Source: Tubiluchus corallicola
Taxonomy: Eukaryota; Animalia; Priapulida
Direction: 5' to 3'
NCBI GenBank assembly: GCA_030141605.1
Contig: JAQGDQ010000572.1
Coordinates: 1-64,000 of the forward strand
DNA length: 64,000 nt
Part shown: piece by piece, positions 12,531-27,600 of the stretch
How positions within the stretch are numbered: the stretch's first letter is position 1
How the letters are laid out: each line of letters opens with the position of its first letter
Position numbers and translations under genes: made by a program
The notes under the pieces: generated by a model
Database searches by the model: none
The model's input: the letters and a program-made list of their open reading frames with translations, nothing else
Told to the model about the DNA's origin: nothing

Positions 12531-15499
12531 AACAATGCAAATAATAACTGGGTTCATGTATAATCGTTTCCATTCCCTAAGGAATTTGAGAGAGTGATTT
12601 ATTTTACACGAAATACCATTTGACATTTCTTCTATTCTAAGAGTTTTTGACCCGGTCAGGTCTCAGCGGGGTTCCGTTATCTATGGCCCGCGGTTGTGCC
12701 ACTGTGGTCTGTGAACCGCGCGTGCGTGGAGCACGTGTTCAGATCCCCAGTGGACGTGAAACCGGGCCTTGTTGACAACCGAGTAGACAAAATAACAGAA
12801 TCTGATCTTCAAACATCAACACACCGGGGCAAGAATAGTTGTATACAGTGACACTACAGTGTGCCCAGGTCAAGCAACTATCAGTAAAGAGCGTAGGCGA
12901 TGTACTTGAAATTCCGCTCGGGGTGCTGGAACACAGAGACCCGAGTTCCATCCTCGCACTAACATTTGTTTTCTATTAATTTTTTTAGATCATGTAAATG
13001 CTTAAATTTCGAGGCTAGTTGACCTTATGTTTTCTACAAGTTTCTATTTTGACACTTTTTCTCGTTCTTTCTTTGTACTTATGACGTATCTCGTATGTCA
13101 AGACTGGCCATCTTACGTGTCTTGTACTTGAATGTATAGTAAAGCAAATTTACATCATGCCCCATTTTATAAAATTGATTTTTATATACTTTTTTGGTTT
13201 GCTAATTTATATCTTTATTTATTCATTTGGTTATTCTTTGATTCGGTCATTCGTTTGTTCGTCCTTTCGTTAGTTCGACCGTTCGGACGTTCGTTCATGC
13301 GACCATTCATTCATCAATTTATTCATTCGTTCATTCGTTTGACCATTCATTTATTCATTTGTAAAGAATTTCGCCAAGTATTTTTTTGGTCACGTGACCA
13401 CGGTCACTCACCTGTGCAGATCTGTTTCTACCTGGGCAAGCGAGTCAGTTGGTAGACGTTAACAGGCTTCTCTAAAAGTAGTTTTTCACAGTATGATAGT
13501 GGCATAATTTGTCAGATATATTGGTAAATACTAGATTTGCTTTATGGAGACATACGATGTAAGTAAATACATCATTTTGTATCATTTTGAATCATTATGA
13601 ACTGAACATTTTAGTTTAATGAATGACAATCTTATAAGTTTCATAGAACATCGTATGAGTAAATTACCAAATTAGGTTTATTTATCACGTGATTTTGTGT
13701 TTAGTAAAGTCTAGAAGTACAGAATTAGTTATGCAAAAATAGGCAAATCATTACAGATTATAAACAAGTTTATTGGGTTAACTGAGCGCAGTTAATTTGA
13801 TATTTTAGCTTAACATAACGTTGATTAATTTGACCATAGAACGTAACGATGCTTAACGCAGCCTTCAGTTAAATGCAAATTTGCAAAATAGCCTTTTTTA
13901 TACTTTAATAGAGATGACGTATAAAACACTACAATATTGAGTTGAAATATGACAGTCATTGATTGTAGTACATCGTTCGTTTGACCGTTCATTCATTCAT
14001 TTATTCGTTCGTTGGAACACTTGATTCTCGATAATTTGTACTTGCAACTTTGTTCGTACTGCTCATATTAAGTTCTATTATAAGACTAAAAAATGAAATT
14101 TTAACCCCTTCTACACACAGAGTACTTGTTGGGGGAGCAAGCTCACGATAGAAACCATACCTGAGTGATGCATTACGAGATTTTAAAGAATTTAGCATAT
14201 CTATGTGATATTCACTGCATTGCCTCAACAGTAGAATTCCATATTCTAGATATTCTAATCAGCACGCATTAAAGCAGTATATGTATTTCATATTATATAA
14301 TGCTATCGAATAGATACATGTACAATGAATTATAAAAGACAGTTTCTACAATGAAATATGTAGACACTAAAAATACACAGTACAAACTATATACTAACAG
14401 CATGCATAAGCATCAAATTCTCAAAGAAAGAAACGGTTCTATAATACAGGTATACTATAGTTGTATTAGTTATTTGTTACGGTATACTATGGTTAGTTGT
14501 TATTATATATATATATATATATATATATATCAAGAACGGGTGTGTGTAAATTTGCAGGCTGTGGAGGCCTTCATAACTTGAAACATGACCCAACGCTTGG
14601 CAAAGGTTAACACTAATTTTGTTAATTTGCCGCTCTACCGCGTGCCTGGACCGCTTTCGCCGCATATCCCTCTTGGTGGGCGGCCTTTGTTGTTTTGACT
14701 GCTCTGTTGTTTTTGCCCGACCTTGAATTAGCGCATGACGAATGACTTTAACTCGACCGACGTTACCGCCTCGCCGCGCGGGTTTACTACACGCCGCGGT
14801 GTAGACGAACTAGTAATTGCTACACATTCCTATAGCTAGTTATTGGCTTCGCAGATGTGTTCAATCAGGCGTATACTCTTCCCTGGATTCCGGGCTTGTT
14901 TATACAACATCATAAAGAGTTCCGAGACAAGGCTGCGAAAAATGTTTACTATGTATAAAGCTTTTTGCATAGAGAAATGCCGTGTAAGGTTTAATGAATA
15001 TATTACAAGCCATAAATTTTACCTTGAATAGTAGTTGTTCTCTGATTTGCACAGACATCAAAAGCTGTTTGCGTCTATTCTCCCAGACAGTGGGTAGACT
15101 TTTGCTGAAAAAATTAAATGTTTAAAGGAAAGGTCAAGCCTTCTAGGAGGTTAGGCTTATTTCAATATTCGCGAAAAATGTTATAATGATTTAGCAACAA
15201 AACTGCAATAAGCGCCTCCTGTGACTAGTAAAATCTCTTTAAAGTCTCGATCGCTTCATGCTTGGACGCTCCCGTTTTCAATGCTCATTCTTCTTCCAAT
15301 GACGTCATTCGTCTTGAAGAAGAGTAGCAGCACTGTCAGTCTTCTTCGGTTTTTGCGTGAATATCAATTAAGCTACAGATGTCTGAATTAGTTTATGTAG
15401 CGGGCTTGCGGCAAGCCACGACGCGCTTACGAAAAGTCACGAAGTCTCCCAGTTACGTCATGATTTTTAACTGAATGGCGGCAACCGCCACGCCTGAAA

Positions 15500-15680
15500 A
15501 TTGCACGCACGCAGACGCGTACGTTTTGCTCACATGCGCGCACGCAGACGCGTACGTTTTGCTCACATGCACGCATGAAGACGCGTACGTTTTGTCCGCA
15601 ATGTGAAGCATTGGATTACTCGCCCACATGCACGCACGCAGACGCGTACGTTTTGCTCACATGCAAACAAAACGTACATT
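15500..15680. repeat. Degenerate ~35-bp tandem repeat
   Basis: gcacgcagacgcgtacgttttgctcacat repeated. Confidence 0.75.
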
Positions 15681-15863
15681 TGCAAGCGTGAACACGTAGC
15701 TCGCATGCGATGTTTTGCATGATATGCTTTCGTTGGTCCTTCTACTCTTTTAATTAGAACACCATTTGCCATTGCCATGATCCGTTTTTTCATAAAAGTT
15801 TCGTAAAAAAATTAGTATAGGAAGTAACTCTATTGTGACGTCACAATATAAAAACTGGCGAAA

Positions 15864-16203
15864 ACTTATTACATTCTTGCATTCACGAGACGGGCATCAT
15901 AGCGAAATAGACCACTTTATAGTGTTACTTATTACATGAACGAGACAGGCATCACAGCGAAATAGACCACTTTATAGTGTGGCTTATTACATTCACGGGA
16001 CTGTGATCATAGCGAAATAGACCACTTTATAGTGTTACTTATTACATGAACAAGACCGGCATCACAGCGAAATAGACCACTTTATGGTGTTACTTATTAC
16101 GTGAACGAGACCGGCATCATAGCGAAATAGACCACTTTATAGTGTTGCTTATTACATGAACGAGACCGGCATCACAGCGAAAGAGACCACCTTATAGTGT
16201 TAC
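15864..16203. repeat. ~56-bp minisatellite, 6 copies
   Basis: acttattacatgaacgagaccggcatcacagcgaaatagaccactttatagtgtt. Confidence 0.9.
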
Positions 16204-16775
16204 TACGCAAACAAGTAACGCAAAACTCACGTCTGGCGTGCTTGTCCTATAATTACTCAGTATAAAAGACGTTAAACTCTATTTTCTGAGTCTATAATAG
16301 AATTCGGTTTGTTTACAATGTGTTTGCTAGACAGGCCCGTCAAAACCTTATACTGATTTGTCTGTCTACCTGTCTGTCCGCTGAAAGACTTCTGCCAAAT
16401 AACCACAGCGAAGACCTAATAGCTGATGATAGCTGTCTGTCAAGTGACTTGTCATCTGTCATATCGTGATAATAGCAAGAATGAGTTTACCTGTCTGGCC
16501 CTCAGGTTGGAAAGGGTTACGCTGGCAATTGTCTTGATTAACCCTTTGTTCTTGGCCGCCGTGCCCAGCTGCAGAATTTAATATTCCCCTAAAGGGCTTT
16601 GAATACACCGTGGGATATGTTTTATTCATTGCTTTAATTTGCAATCTACCGCCAGTCAAAGCGATTACATTAGGCAGGTATCATTTATACAGGTGTGCAT
16701 TTGCTTAGTTATTATAGCCTGAGCATTGTTATTAGGGTTGTCATTATTTTAACCGTTTCCGTTTTTCTTTTGCAG

Positions 16776-16824
16776 CAAGGTTATTCAATGATTCTGGATG
16801 TGCTGCACCGGAATCGTCGGACAG
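16776..16824 (+). CDS. JAG1: Jagged exon, C2/MNNL ([16 protein letters not shown]), equivalent to JAG1 exon 3
   Basis: ttttcttttgcag| ... acag|gtaagt; phase 0 to 1; resembles JAG1 RSYTLLVEAWD. Confidence 0.8.
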
Positions 16825-19800
16825 GTAAGTGCACCTTTTTCAAGTTAAGTTCCGTTCACATTTTCAAACGCTATGACCGGCAGCGGCAATTTGATGAAAG
16901 TGCGTCCTTCACTAACTGAGTCATTTTCCATTTCCCGAACATGTGAATGCGGCTTTATTATAAAAACGGTTATCTGTCGTGGCCGTTTGCCTGGTAATGT
17001 GAATATAGCTTTATTCTCTTCAATATGCTCTAAGTTAAGTTGCTTTCACACTTTTGTTGCTGTTGCCGTTGCCTGAATAATTATATGCACATAGTTTTAT
17101 CTTTGCACTGTGTAATTTTTGTGCTGATATGCATATATCGTTTTTTCACTGTATACATTGTGCTGGAAAAAAATTGGGGTAAAAATGAATTACTGTCACA
17201 AAGCGACAGCCATCCTATTTCAGCATCTCTTCCCTGAAGCCAGTGAGCCTGATTGACAGCTATGCAAGCCTTCTCTTTATTTACGCGTCATGCTGGCCAT
17301 CCATCCATTCCAGGAATTCCTGGTTTTTTTCCTACCCTGGATGAACGCAGTTTGCTAGTGCGCCGTTTAAAACTGACATTACGTCTCGTAGTCACGCTCA
17401 ATTTACGCCAACAGTTTTTGACGCGTTAAATTACAAGCCGATCCATAAACAAGTAATTATCATACCTGACAAATCCATATATGGTATAAACAAATAATTA
17501 CCTGTGCCTAACAAATCTATATAGTTGTTAGTCTGTTGCACGACCTGTTCAACTTCCGGCTGCATTGATCTTTCATAAATGAACTTGAGGCTCTCATTGC
17601 AAAGCTTTACGTTACGTCTACTGAAAACTGTCAATATTGTTCAACTTCAAATAGTTGGCGAGAATTAATCAAAAACTGTTTTGGGTATACGTGTATCTAA
17701 CGTGGCAATAACCAAAGCGCATATGTGCCAGGGCAAACATCTCTACTAGAACCTATCCATACATATAATCACACACTGCAATGAAAAAGTGACAGGGTAT
17801 CTAAAAATCAACGTTTTATCAATTTTTGCGTAGATATTTTTCAAGAATCCAACTTTGTCGAGTGACACTTTTCCTATTATATTCACCCGTTAATTTAGCA
17901 ACTATAGACTTCTTGTAAAAAAAATTCCTCGCTATTATAGCGAATGGTTTCGCGATTTTTTGAAAGCTAATTACAAAGCTGTAACAGTTTAGTAACACAC
18001 CTAAACTAAATTGCGTATACCGTTAGATACTATAGATTAAAGCGTGTTTGCTTTGGTTTGGTGTGAGAAGCAACGGTTTAGCTATTGGCAAATCGATTAC
18101 GTCCGTAGTACGCGCATCGTAGTACGTTTCACGTGTGATTGATCGCAACTTATCGTGCGCTTAGCTTCCTCATTCATCCCCTACACCGGAAATCAAAATC
18201 TGGATAATTGTAATTGAAACGTCTCCTGTTGGAATTATCAATGGTATAATCCATTAAAGTCATTAAAATTCTTCTGATGGCCAGTTCACGCTAGAAAACT
18301 GGATGTTAGTTCACACTAGTGTCTCTACTGAGCAGGCTGCAAATTCTTCTAATGGCCAATTCACACTAGAAAAAACCTAGGTGTTAGTTCACACTACTGT
18401 CTCTACTGAGCAGGCTGCAAATTCTTCTAATGGCCAATTCACACTGGAAAAAACCTAGGTGTTAGTTCACACTACTGTCTCTCCTGAGCAGGCTGCAAAT
18501 TCTTCTAATGGCCAATTCACACTGGAAAAAACCTAGATGTTAGTTCACACTATTGTCTCTCCTGAGCAGACTGCAAATTTCTTTTAATGACAGTTCACAC
18601 TAGAAAACTAGATGTTAGTTCACATTAGTGTCTACTGAGCAGGCTGCAAATTCTTCTAATGACCAGTTCACACTAGAAAAAACCTAGGTGTTAGTTCACA
18701 TTAGTGTCTACTGAGCAGGCTGCAAATTCTTCTAATGACCAGTTCACACTAGAAAAAACCTAGGCGTTAGTTCACACTACTGTCTCTCCTGAGCAGGCTG
18801 CAAATTCTTCTAATGGCCAATTCACACTGGAAAAAACCTAGGTGTTAGTTCACACTACTGTCTCTCCTGAGCAGGCTGCAAATTCTTCTAATGGCCAATT
18901 CACACTGGAAAAAACCTAGATGTTAGTTCACACTATTGTCTCTCCTGAGCAGACTGCAAATTTCTTTTAATGACAGTTCACACTAGAAAACTAGATGTTA
19001 GTTCACATTAGTGTCTACTGAGCAGGCTGCAAATTCTTCTAATGACCAGTTCACACTAGAGCAATACGTAACTGAACGAAGTACATTGATAGTTACGTAT
19101 TGCTCTAGAAAAAACCTAGGTGTTAGTTCACATTAGTCTCTACTGAGCAGGCTGCAAATTCTTCTAATGACCAGTTCACACTAGAAAAAACCTAGGTGTT
19201 AGTTCACACTACTGTCTCTCCTGAGCAGGCTGCAAATTCTTCTAATGAGCAGTTCACACTAGAAAAAACCTAGGTGTTAGTTCACACTACTGTCTCTCCT
19301 GAGCAGGCTGCAAATTCTTCTAATGGCCAATTCACACTGGAAAAAACCTAGGTGTTAGTTCACATTAGTGTCTACTGAGCAGGCTGCAAATTCTTCTAAT
19401 GACCAGTTCACACTAGAAAAAACCTAGGTGTTAGTTCACATTAGTGTCTACTGAGCAGGCTGCAAATTCTTCTAATGACCAGTTCACACTAGAAAAAACC
19501 TAGGTGTTAGTTCACACTACTGTCTCTCCTGAGCAGGCTGCAAATTCTTCTAATGGCCAATTCACACTGGAAAAAACCTAGATGTTAGTTCACACTACTG
19601 TCTCTCCTGAGCAGGCTGCAAATTCTTCTAATGGCCAATTCACACTGGAAAAAACCTAGATGTTAGTTCACATTAGTGTCTCTACTGAGCAGACTGCAAA
19701 TTCTTCTAATGACCAGTTCACACTGGAAAAAACCTAGATGTTAGTTCACATTAGTGCCTCTACTGAGCAGGCTACAGGGACGTGCTCCATCTCTATATAT

Positions 19801-22800
19801 TTCTGCTGTACAAAAAGCCTAACAAAGTCAAAAAAGCAAAGTTGGTTAGGCATTGACTGAAATATATTATTGGTCTAAATTTGCCTCTTAAGTGTGATCT
19901 GTCGACTTTGTGCAGTTTTTTGGAAATTTCCAGCATGCAAGATGAATATTGTTTTCCAAAATTCGAAAAATTGCTTAAAAAGTCTGTTTTTGAAACTAAT
20001 GTACAAATATAACTCGTGTAACTTGAAAGCACAATTTTGTGAAACGTTCTTACGTTCTGCGTTCATTAATAATATTTTCAATAATCGTGACGTCACTGTG
20101 GGGTAACAGTTGGCTAATGGCTTTTGGGATATGCATAAATTGCCCATTAAGCAACTAGCTGTATCCACTGTAAACATTATCTAGACACAATCTAATGATG
20201 TATGGTTGCCTCGGTAGAGGCTTTCTTGAGATTAAAGTATATCGTCTTAACTTTGAGCTTGTAATCGTCTCTTTCTTTGCAGTTTTTTGTCTTTCTTTTG
20301 TCATTTAGATTACTGTGACGGGTTTAACTTGATAATGTTAATTTTAATTGCTATTTTCTGCGCGCAGGTTCAAGCGAACTGATAGAGCGGATACGTCGAA
20401 CAGACTACATTCAACCCCCGTCCAACTGGAAAACCATGACAGATGATGGCGCCACTGGCGTTGCCAGCATTGATTACAGGTAAGCCTGCAGCGTTCGGTA
20501 TCGCATTGTTTAGAACAATGACATTGAAAAGTCGTGCATTTGTAGGAGTTAAACAATCACGTTATTCAGAACAATGAAATCGAAAAGTAATGGGTAGGAA
20601 ATGTAATTACAGTTTAGAAAAGTGAGACATTGATGATATGCCAACGATACTAATACTAATGCTACTGTACTAAGAATATTTTGAATTCTGTAAGTTTGTC
20701 TGTTCGTACAAAATTAAAAACCAAGCCAAATTGTACATTGTTTGTTAGGGTTCGAGTTATCTGTGACGAGCATTATTACAACTTCACCTGCACCAAACTC
20801 TGTCGGCCACGCGATGACCAGTTTGGACATTACGACTGCGACCAGAATGGGGCGAAGGTGTGTAAGGAGGGCTGGAAAGGCGCCGACTGCAACGCAGGTA
20901 TGTTCTGCCTCTGAATCGTTAAGTTAGAACAGAATGAGTATAATCGAGTTCATTTGCTCAGAGCATGTGAACGCTATAATTAAAAAAACTTTTTCGATGC
21001 CTTACTTAGGTTGCTTTTCATCAAATCTTTGATCTGTGTCTTACTTAGGTTGCTTTTCATCAAATCTTTGATCTGTGTCTTGTGCGCAAAATGTGCGAAA
21101 AATGTCGCACAAAAAGTGCCCCCTCACAATTTGTAATTAAACCTTGTACTTAATTATTAAGTGCCGTTTGTTGCGCAGTTTGCATTGGTACTTTTTTATA
21201 TCACAAGTTAAATTATTAAGCTCGTTTTTTGTTTTTTAGCCATCTGCCGAGCCGGATGTACGAACGGAAAGTGTGACCGACCCAGAGAGTGCAAGTAAGT
21301 CCACAGATATTTACTCTTTTTTCTTTGCATTAGCCATCTTAATGGAACTACTAGACTAACAAAAGCATTGTGTGGGGGTGAGCATTTGATTTCATTGTGA
21401 AATCGCCCTCGTTAGCCTGCTAACATCAAAGTTGAGTTCCACTTTGGAATACCCTGCCATCAAATTTAAAACAAATCAAGTCTTTTGACGAATTCAAATC
21501 AAAATTAAAAATACATACATTAAATCGTTTTCATAACCCAACATACGTAAACGATAATATATATATATTCATCCACAAATTTTATTTACCCACGTCCATT
21601 TTAAATTATACGTATATATTGTATATAGTCTATTATAATTTGCGTGTAACATTATAATGTATATTTTGTTTTAAATTTTTGGCACAGTAGTTTTTAGTTT
21701 GCACTGGACGCATTTGCCTTTAACAGTTGTGTGAATTTTATTCTCATGCTGCGATGTTCTTTTATGCTTTTATAGTTGTGAATATCGATTTTTATGGCAA
21801 ATAAAGATCATTATATATATATATATATATATATATATCTGTATTTACAAAAACTAATGCAGAGAAAATTATATGTGAATTATAACTTAGGTGTTATTTC
21901 GACAATCGGTACCTCCCATAAAAGAGGTGTTTCCTTTCTAAGACGGTTCTTGGTATTGACTTCTTGTTTCCTGTCATCTGTAATACCTGCAAGAGGCTTA
22001 TGATTCTATTCCATTCTCACGTATTTTATTGCGTTTAAATGATATTTTAGATGAATCCATTTGTCTTCATTTGAGACAGACAACACGTTTGGTCGTGTTG
22101 TGTACACAGGTAGTGCAAGCTAGGCATGTGCAATCTTGACATTGCAAATGTAAATTCAAACTGACAAAAACAGGAATGGCTATTAAAGTTGATATATTGC
22201 TGAAAAAGTCCTCCGGCACATTCAAATTTACATACGTGTGTACCAGTTTTGATATTACCTTGATTCCTGGCACTTTGCTGATTGGAATGATATGTTTGCT
22301 TTATGAATCATACAGATATGCCAAGGAATCTACTTGTTTTGCAAATTTCGTGGCGCTCTTCATCAATGTTATAAAACTTTTAGGACAGATGAAACATGAA
22401 TTCGTGCTTGTGTGTGTAATCAGTTTGTCCGTTATTCAGTAATACCTTTCGAAGTCCCACAAGGTGTCGTTTTTGTGCCTCTCTTATTCACAGTAGATCA
22501 TATCGCAGTTAAATGTGAGAACAGTGGTACTGGCTGAAACACAACTAGCAACAAAATTAACTGTCTGTATTAAAACTAAGCGAATGTTTCTAGAGAATGT
22601 GACTGAAACAACTAGCAACAAAATTAACTGTCTGTATTAAAATTAAGCGAATGTTTCTAGAGAATGTGACTGAAACAAATCAGCAACAAAATTAACTGTC
22701 TGTATTAAAACTAAGCGAATGTTTCTAGAGAATCTCGCTGAAACAACTAGCAACAAAATTAACTGTCTGTATTAAAACTAAGCGAATGTTTCTAGAGAAT

Positions 22801-24566
22801 GTGGCTGAAACAACTAGCAACAAAATTAACTGTCTGTATTAAAACTAAGCGAATGTTTCTAGAGAATGTGACTGAAACAACCAGCAACAAAATTAATTGT
22901 CTGTATTAAAACTAAGCGAATGTTTCTAGAGAATGTCGCTGAAACAACTAGCAACAAAATTAACTGTCTGTATTAAAACTAAGCAAATGTTTCTAGCGAA
23001 TGTGACTGAAACAAATCAGCAACAAAATTAACTGTCTGTATTAAAACTAAGCGAATGTTTCTAGAGAATGTGACTGAAACAACCAGCAACAAAATTAACT
23101 GTCTGTAGTAAAACTAAGCGAATGTTTCTAGAGAATGTGACTGAAACAACTAGCAACAAAATTAACTGTCTGTATTAAAACTAAGCGAATGTTTCTATAG
23201 AATGTGGCTGAAACAACTAGCAACTAAATTAACTGTCTGTATTAAAACTAAGCGAATGTTTCTAGAGAATGTCGCTGAAACAACTAGCAACAAAATTAAC
23301 TGTCTGTATTAAAACTAAGCGAATGTTTCTAGTGAATGTTTCTTGCGAATATGTATAAAAAGTAAGACACAAAGTTGAACCCTGGGGAACACCCGACTGA
23401 TGGTTTTTACTGCGCAGATTGGCAATCATGGTGTTGAAAGATGCGCATTTTTTCGCTGCATATGTTTATCTCTTCGTGTTTACGCTACGAGTTGGCTTTA
23501 GTACGTAATTTGTGCTGTCAAAACGGCCCGGGGAAAGTCTGTCAAAATTCCTGCAAATGGCCCACGAGTTTAGCGTTACGCAAATAGGGTTAACAGTCTA
23601 ATGCACCTATCTATGCGTTTACTGTGTGATCATATTGCATGAAAATGAGTATTCGTGGATATGCAGGCTCCTATGCAAGCTTCTATGCAGGCTCCTATGC
23701 AAGGTCCTATGCAGGCTCCTATGCAAGCTCCTATGCAGGCTCCTATGCAAGCTCCTATGCAGCCATTGGTCTTGGAGAGCATTAAGGCTGGTGCAAATTT
23801 CAGCCTATAGTCTAGAAGTACTTTTCTCGTGCACATAGAGAAAGACTCTTTGTGAATTTGAATTTTTTTCCTTGTTCTTCAGTGATTTTTCTTGGAGGGA
23901 GGGGGGCTAAAACGGCTGTCGGAAGAAGAATTATAATTTAGCATAATGATATTCATTACCTGCTGCATAATCGTGAATTATGAGCGAGCTTGTGGATTTA
24001 TTATTATTGATGATCTGCATTTGGGAATTTCGTGTCAACAGAACTCGAATTACGGGATTTGCTTAATCATAATTTATTTGCTGTTTCACTTTTTAAGCGC
24101 TCCTAATGAGAATGTAATGGTACAATTTCGCCGTGTCACGTTTGCAAAACGCATGACTGTCGCGGAGTAACTAACAATGGTTCAGTGTTGATAAACTCAT
24201 CCGAGGTGTGTCCTCGAAAATTTACATAATGCAAGTGTAATGTGTTTACTGGCGAACGATGATTGTAATAATTCATCAGTGACCTCTTTTTAAAATTAGT
24301 TGAAAAGAGAGAGTAGGGTAGGAGAGATCATCGTATTTGTGGTTACCGTGAGAAAACAGAGAGAGAGTGTGTGAGAGAGAGGAAGGGAGGGAGGGAGAGG
24401 GAGGGGGAGAGAGAGGGAGACAGAGAGGGAGGGATGGAGAGAGGGGGAGACAGAGAGAGGGAGAGAGAGAGAGAGACAGAGAGAGAGGGAGGGAGGAGAG
24501 GGAGGGGGAGAGAGAGGGAGACAGAGGGAGGGATGGAGAGAGGGGGAGACAGAGAGGGGACAGAGA

Positions 24567-24607
<41 letters not shown>

Positions 24608-27600
24608 ATGAAGAATAAAAGGGTGCAACAATAAGCAACTCAGTCTCCCATACTCCGTACATTACATATATTTGATAAAATTAACGGGCTGCGCCTGCCT
24701 ACTAGTATCTTCATATTAATGTATGCGCTGCTTACACAACGCTAAATATTTACGCCTCACTGAAAAGGCCCTTTCAGCCTGTTAATTGGCACCCTCATCG
24801 CTAACAGTGCGTAGGTGGAGTTGTTGCTACTTACTCCGCCTCCCACTTACTCTAATATTTGGCTCGTGGGAGGGGGTGTTGACTGTAGTGATTGGCTCTG
24901 TGGTAGGACAGTTTGTCTTCTGTTCAAAACTCAGCTGTTTGACAGCCATGTTGAATGGGTCTTTTGTTGCTCTACTTCTTGTAGGAAATCTTTGAATGGC
25001 ACCTGCGTACTGTTCTTGAAGAAGAATGGCAACGATGCACAGTGTTGCCATCTTCTTTTGAAGATAAAAATATTAGTGATGGTCAATAATTTTGCACTTG
25101 AGTGATAACTCTACTCTCATTAATTATCCCCAGAGCTTATCTAATTATCAAAGATAATTATTCAGTTTGAGACACTGAACAGACAGAGGTGCCACGAGTC
25201 ACTCATCTAACTTCTGACCAGTCTCGTCTTTGCTTAACTTTGGTTGCAAAGCTCACACTGTTACCCATTTTCTTCACTCTAAACTATATCAGGGATTTCA
25301 GGATCAGGGAAAAACAACTTGTCAAAAAATAATTTTGTACAAAACTCGACCTGATTAGTGTATATTATTCGACCTGATTAGTGTACAAAACTCGACCTGA
25401 TTAGTGTACATCACTCGACCTGATTAGTGTACAAAACTCGACCTGATTAGTGTACATTACTCGGCCTGATTAGTGTACAAAACTCGACCTGATTAGTGTG
25501 CATTACTCGACCTGATTAGTGTACAAAACTCGACCTGATTTGTGTACAAAACTCGACTTGATTAGCGTATATTAACAGGTTTATTATAGCCAACTATTTT
25601 GCCACAAAATCAGCACCAACCCTAACCACAAACAGAGTTTTTTAAACATGACTGTTAACCCTGCGTTCATGCGATTAATATTCGTTTTGTGTCCCTCCGT
25701 TAATGGAATGCCTCTGATATGGCTTGGAGGCTCAGCGAAAACTCTAAAGATGGAGTTCTCACAAGAATAAACTCCTCTCGCTCAGATACTGTCGTAAACT
25801 TTCTAAGCTGGCACGTACCTGGTTCGGTTTACCACCTCCGGCTACGGCTACCGTCGTTTAATTGCCTGTTTATGCAGCGGGTTAATAGGGGAGCTTTCAG
25901 ATCATGCATCATCTGATCTTCCCTGAAAGTTTCTGATTATAGGGCAAGATATTTATTTTAGTGTTGGACGTGAATGAAATAAAGTGACCAGTTAGGTCAA
26001 GTTTATTTACTTTTGTTTTCTATACAATAATTGATATTTTTGCCTCTTTTCATCTGCATGCCCGAACTGGAGAGGCTCTCGAAGAATCTGGCTTTAAACA
26101 GATTTGCAGTGTTTTCCAGTTGTTGCATTTTGCTGGGGCACTTATGAGCTAGGAGAATCTGGCTTTAAACAGATTTGCAGTGCTTTCTAGTTGATGCACT
26201 TTGCTGGGATGCTTATGAGCTAGGAGAATCTGGCTTTAAACAGATTTGCACTGCTTTCCAGTTGTTGCATTTTGCTGGGGCACTTATGAGCTAGGAGAAT
26301 CTGGCTTTAAACAGATTTGCAGTGTTTTCCAGTTGTTGCATTTTGCTGGGGCACTTATGAGCTAGGAGAATCTGGCTTTAAACAGATTTGCACTGCTTTC
26401 CAGTTGTTGCATTTTGCTGGGGCACTTATGAGCTAGGAGAATCTGGCTTTAAACAGATTTGCAGTGTTTTCCAGTTGTTGCATTTTGCTGGGGCACTTAT
26501 GAGCTAGGAGAATCTGGCTTTAAACAGATTTGCAGTGCTTTCTAGTTGATGCACTTTGCTGGGATGCTTATGAGCTAGGAGAATCTGGCTTTAAACAGAT
26601 TTGCAGTGCTTTCTAGTTGCTGCACTTTGCTGGGACGCTTATGAGCTAGGAGAATCTGGCTTTAAACAGATTTGCAGTGCTTTCCAGTTGTTGCATTTTG
26701 CTAGGGCATTTATGAGCTAGGAGAATCTGGCTTTAAACAGATTTGCAGTGCTTTCTAGTTGATGCACTTTGCTGGGACGCTTATGAGCTAGAAGAATCTG
26801 GCTTTAAACAGATTTGCAGTGCTTTCCAGTTGTTGCACTTTGCTGGGACGGTTATGAGCTAGGAGAATCTGGCTTTAAACAGATTTGCAGTGCTTTCCAG
26901 TTGCTGCACTTTGCTGGGACGCTTATGAGCTAGGAGAATCTGGCTTTAAACACATTTGCAGTGCTTTCCAGTTGCTGCACTTTGCTGGGACGCTTATGAG
27001 CTAGGAGAATCTGGCTTTAAACACATTTGCAGTGCTTTCTAGTTGCTGAACTTTACTGGGACGCTTATGAGCTAGGAGAATCTGGCTTTAAACAGATTTG
27101 CAGTGCTTTCCAGTTGATGCATACTATATGCCAATCAATCTATCTAATTTTAGCTCAGTTTTATATGTCAACACGCCTTTTTAGTCGAATCAATCTCTTT
27201 AGACAAAAAGCTTTTTTAATTAATCGGCTAAAACTTTCAAGTTTATTGCAGAAACTTGCTACCAAGTTCAATGTTAGTGTTTGATTTATAGCGCTGTCTC
27301 CTGCTTAGTTGTCAAAATCGCGTTTACAAATTTGCCCCCAAACTCGCAAACCGATTTGTCAACGCGATTTTTCAGGGTCCTGGTTCAACGTTTTCCTTCT
27401 CGTGATATATTACTCACTAAGGAACTCTACTGTATCTCAAATCTTTCTTTCTATCCCACAGGCTTCGGCGCAGGTATTTGGGAAAACGAGACATTGATTT
27501 TTCATTCTTTTGTCAAATTGCAATAAATTGTCTCTGATTTCGCCTGACTTGACGTCTATAATCGGTAAGTTCTGTTCCGTAGGCTGATGGCTTGTCACTC

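Noticed and set aside
19056-19108. Tiny palindromic MITE with a CTAG target duplication
   Set aside because: Matches the Nanopore adapter; technical artefact
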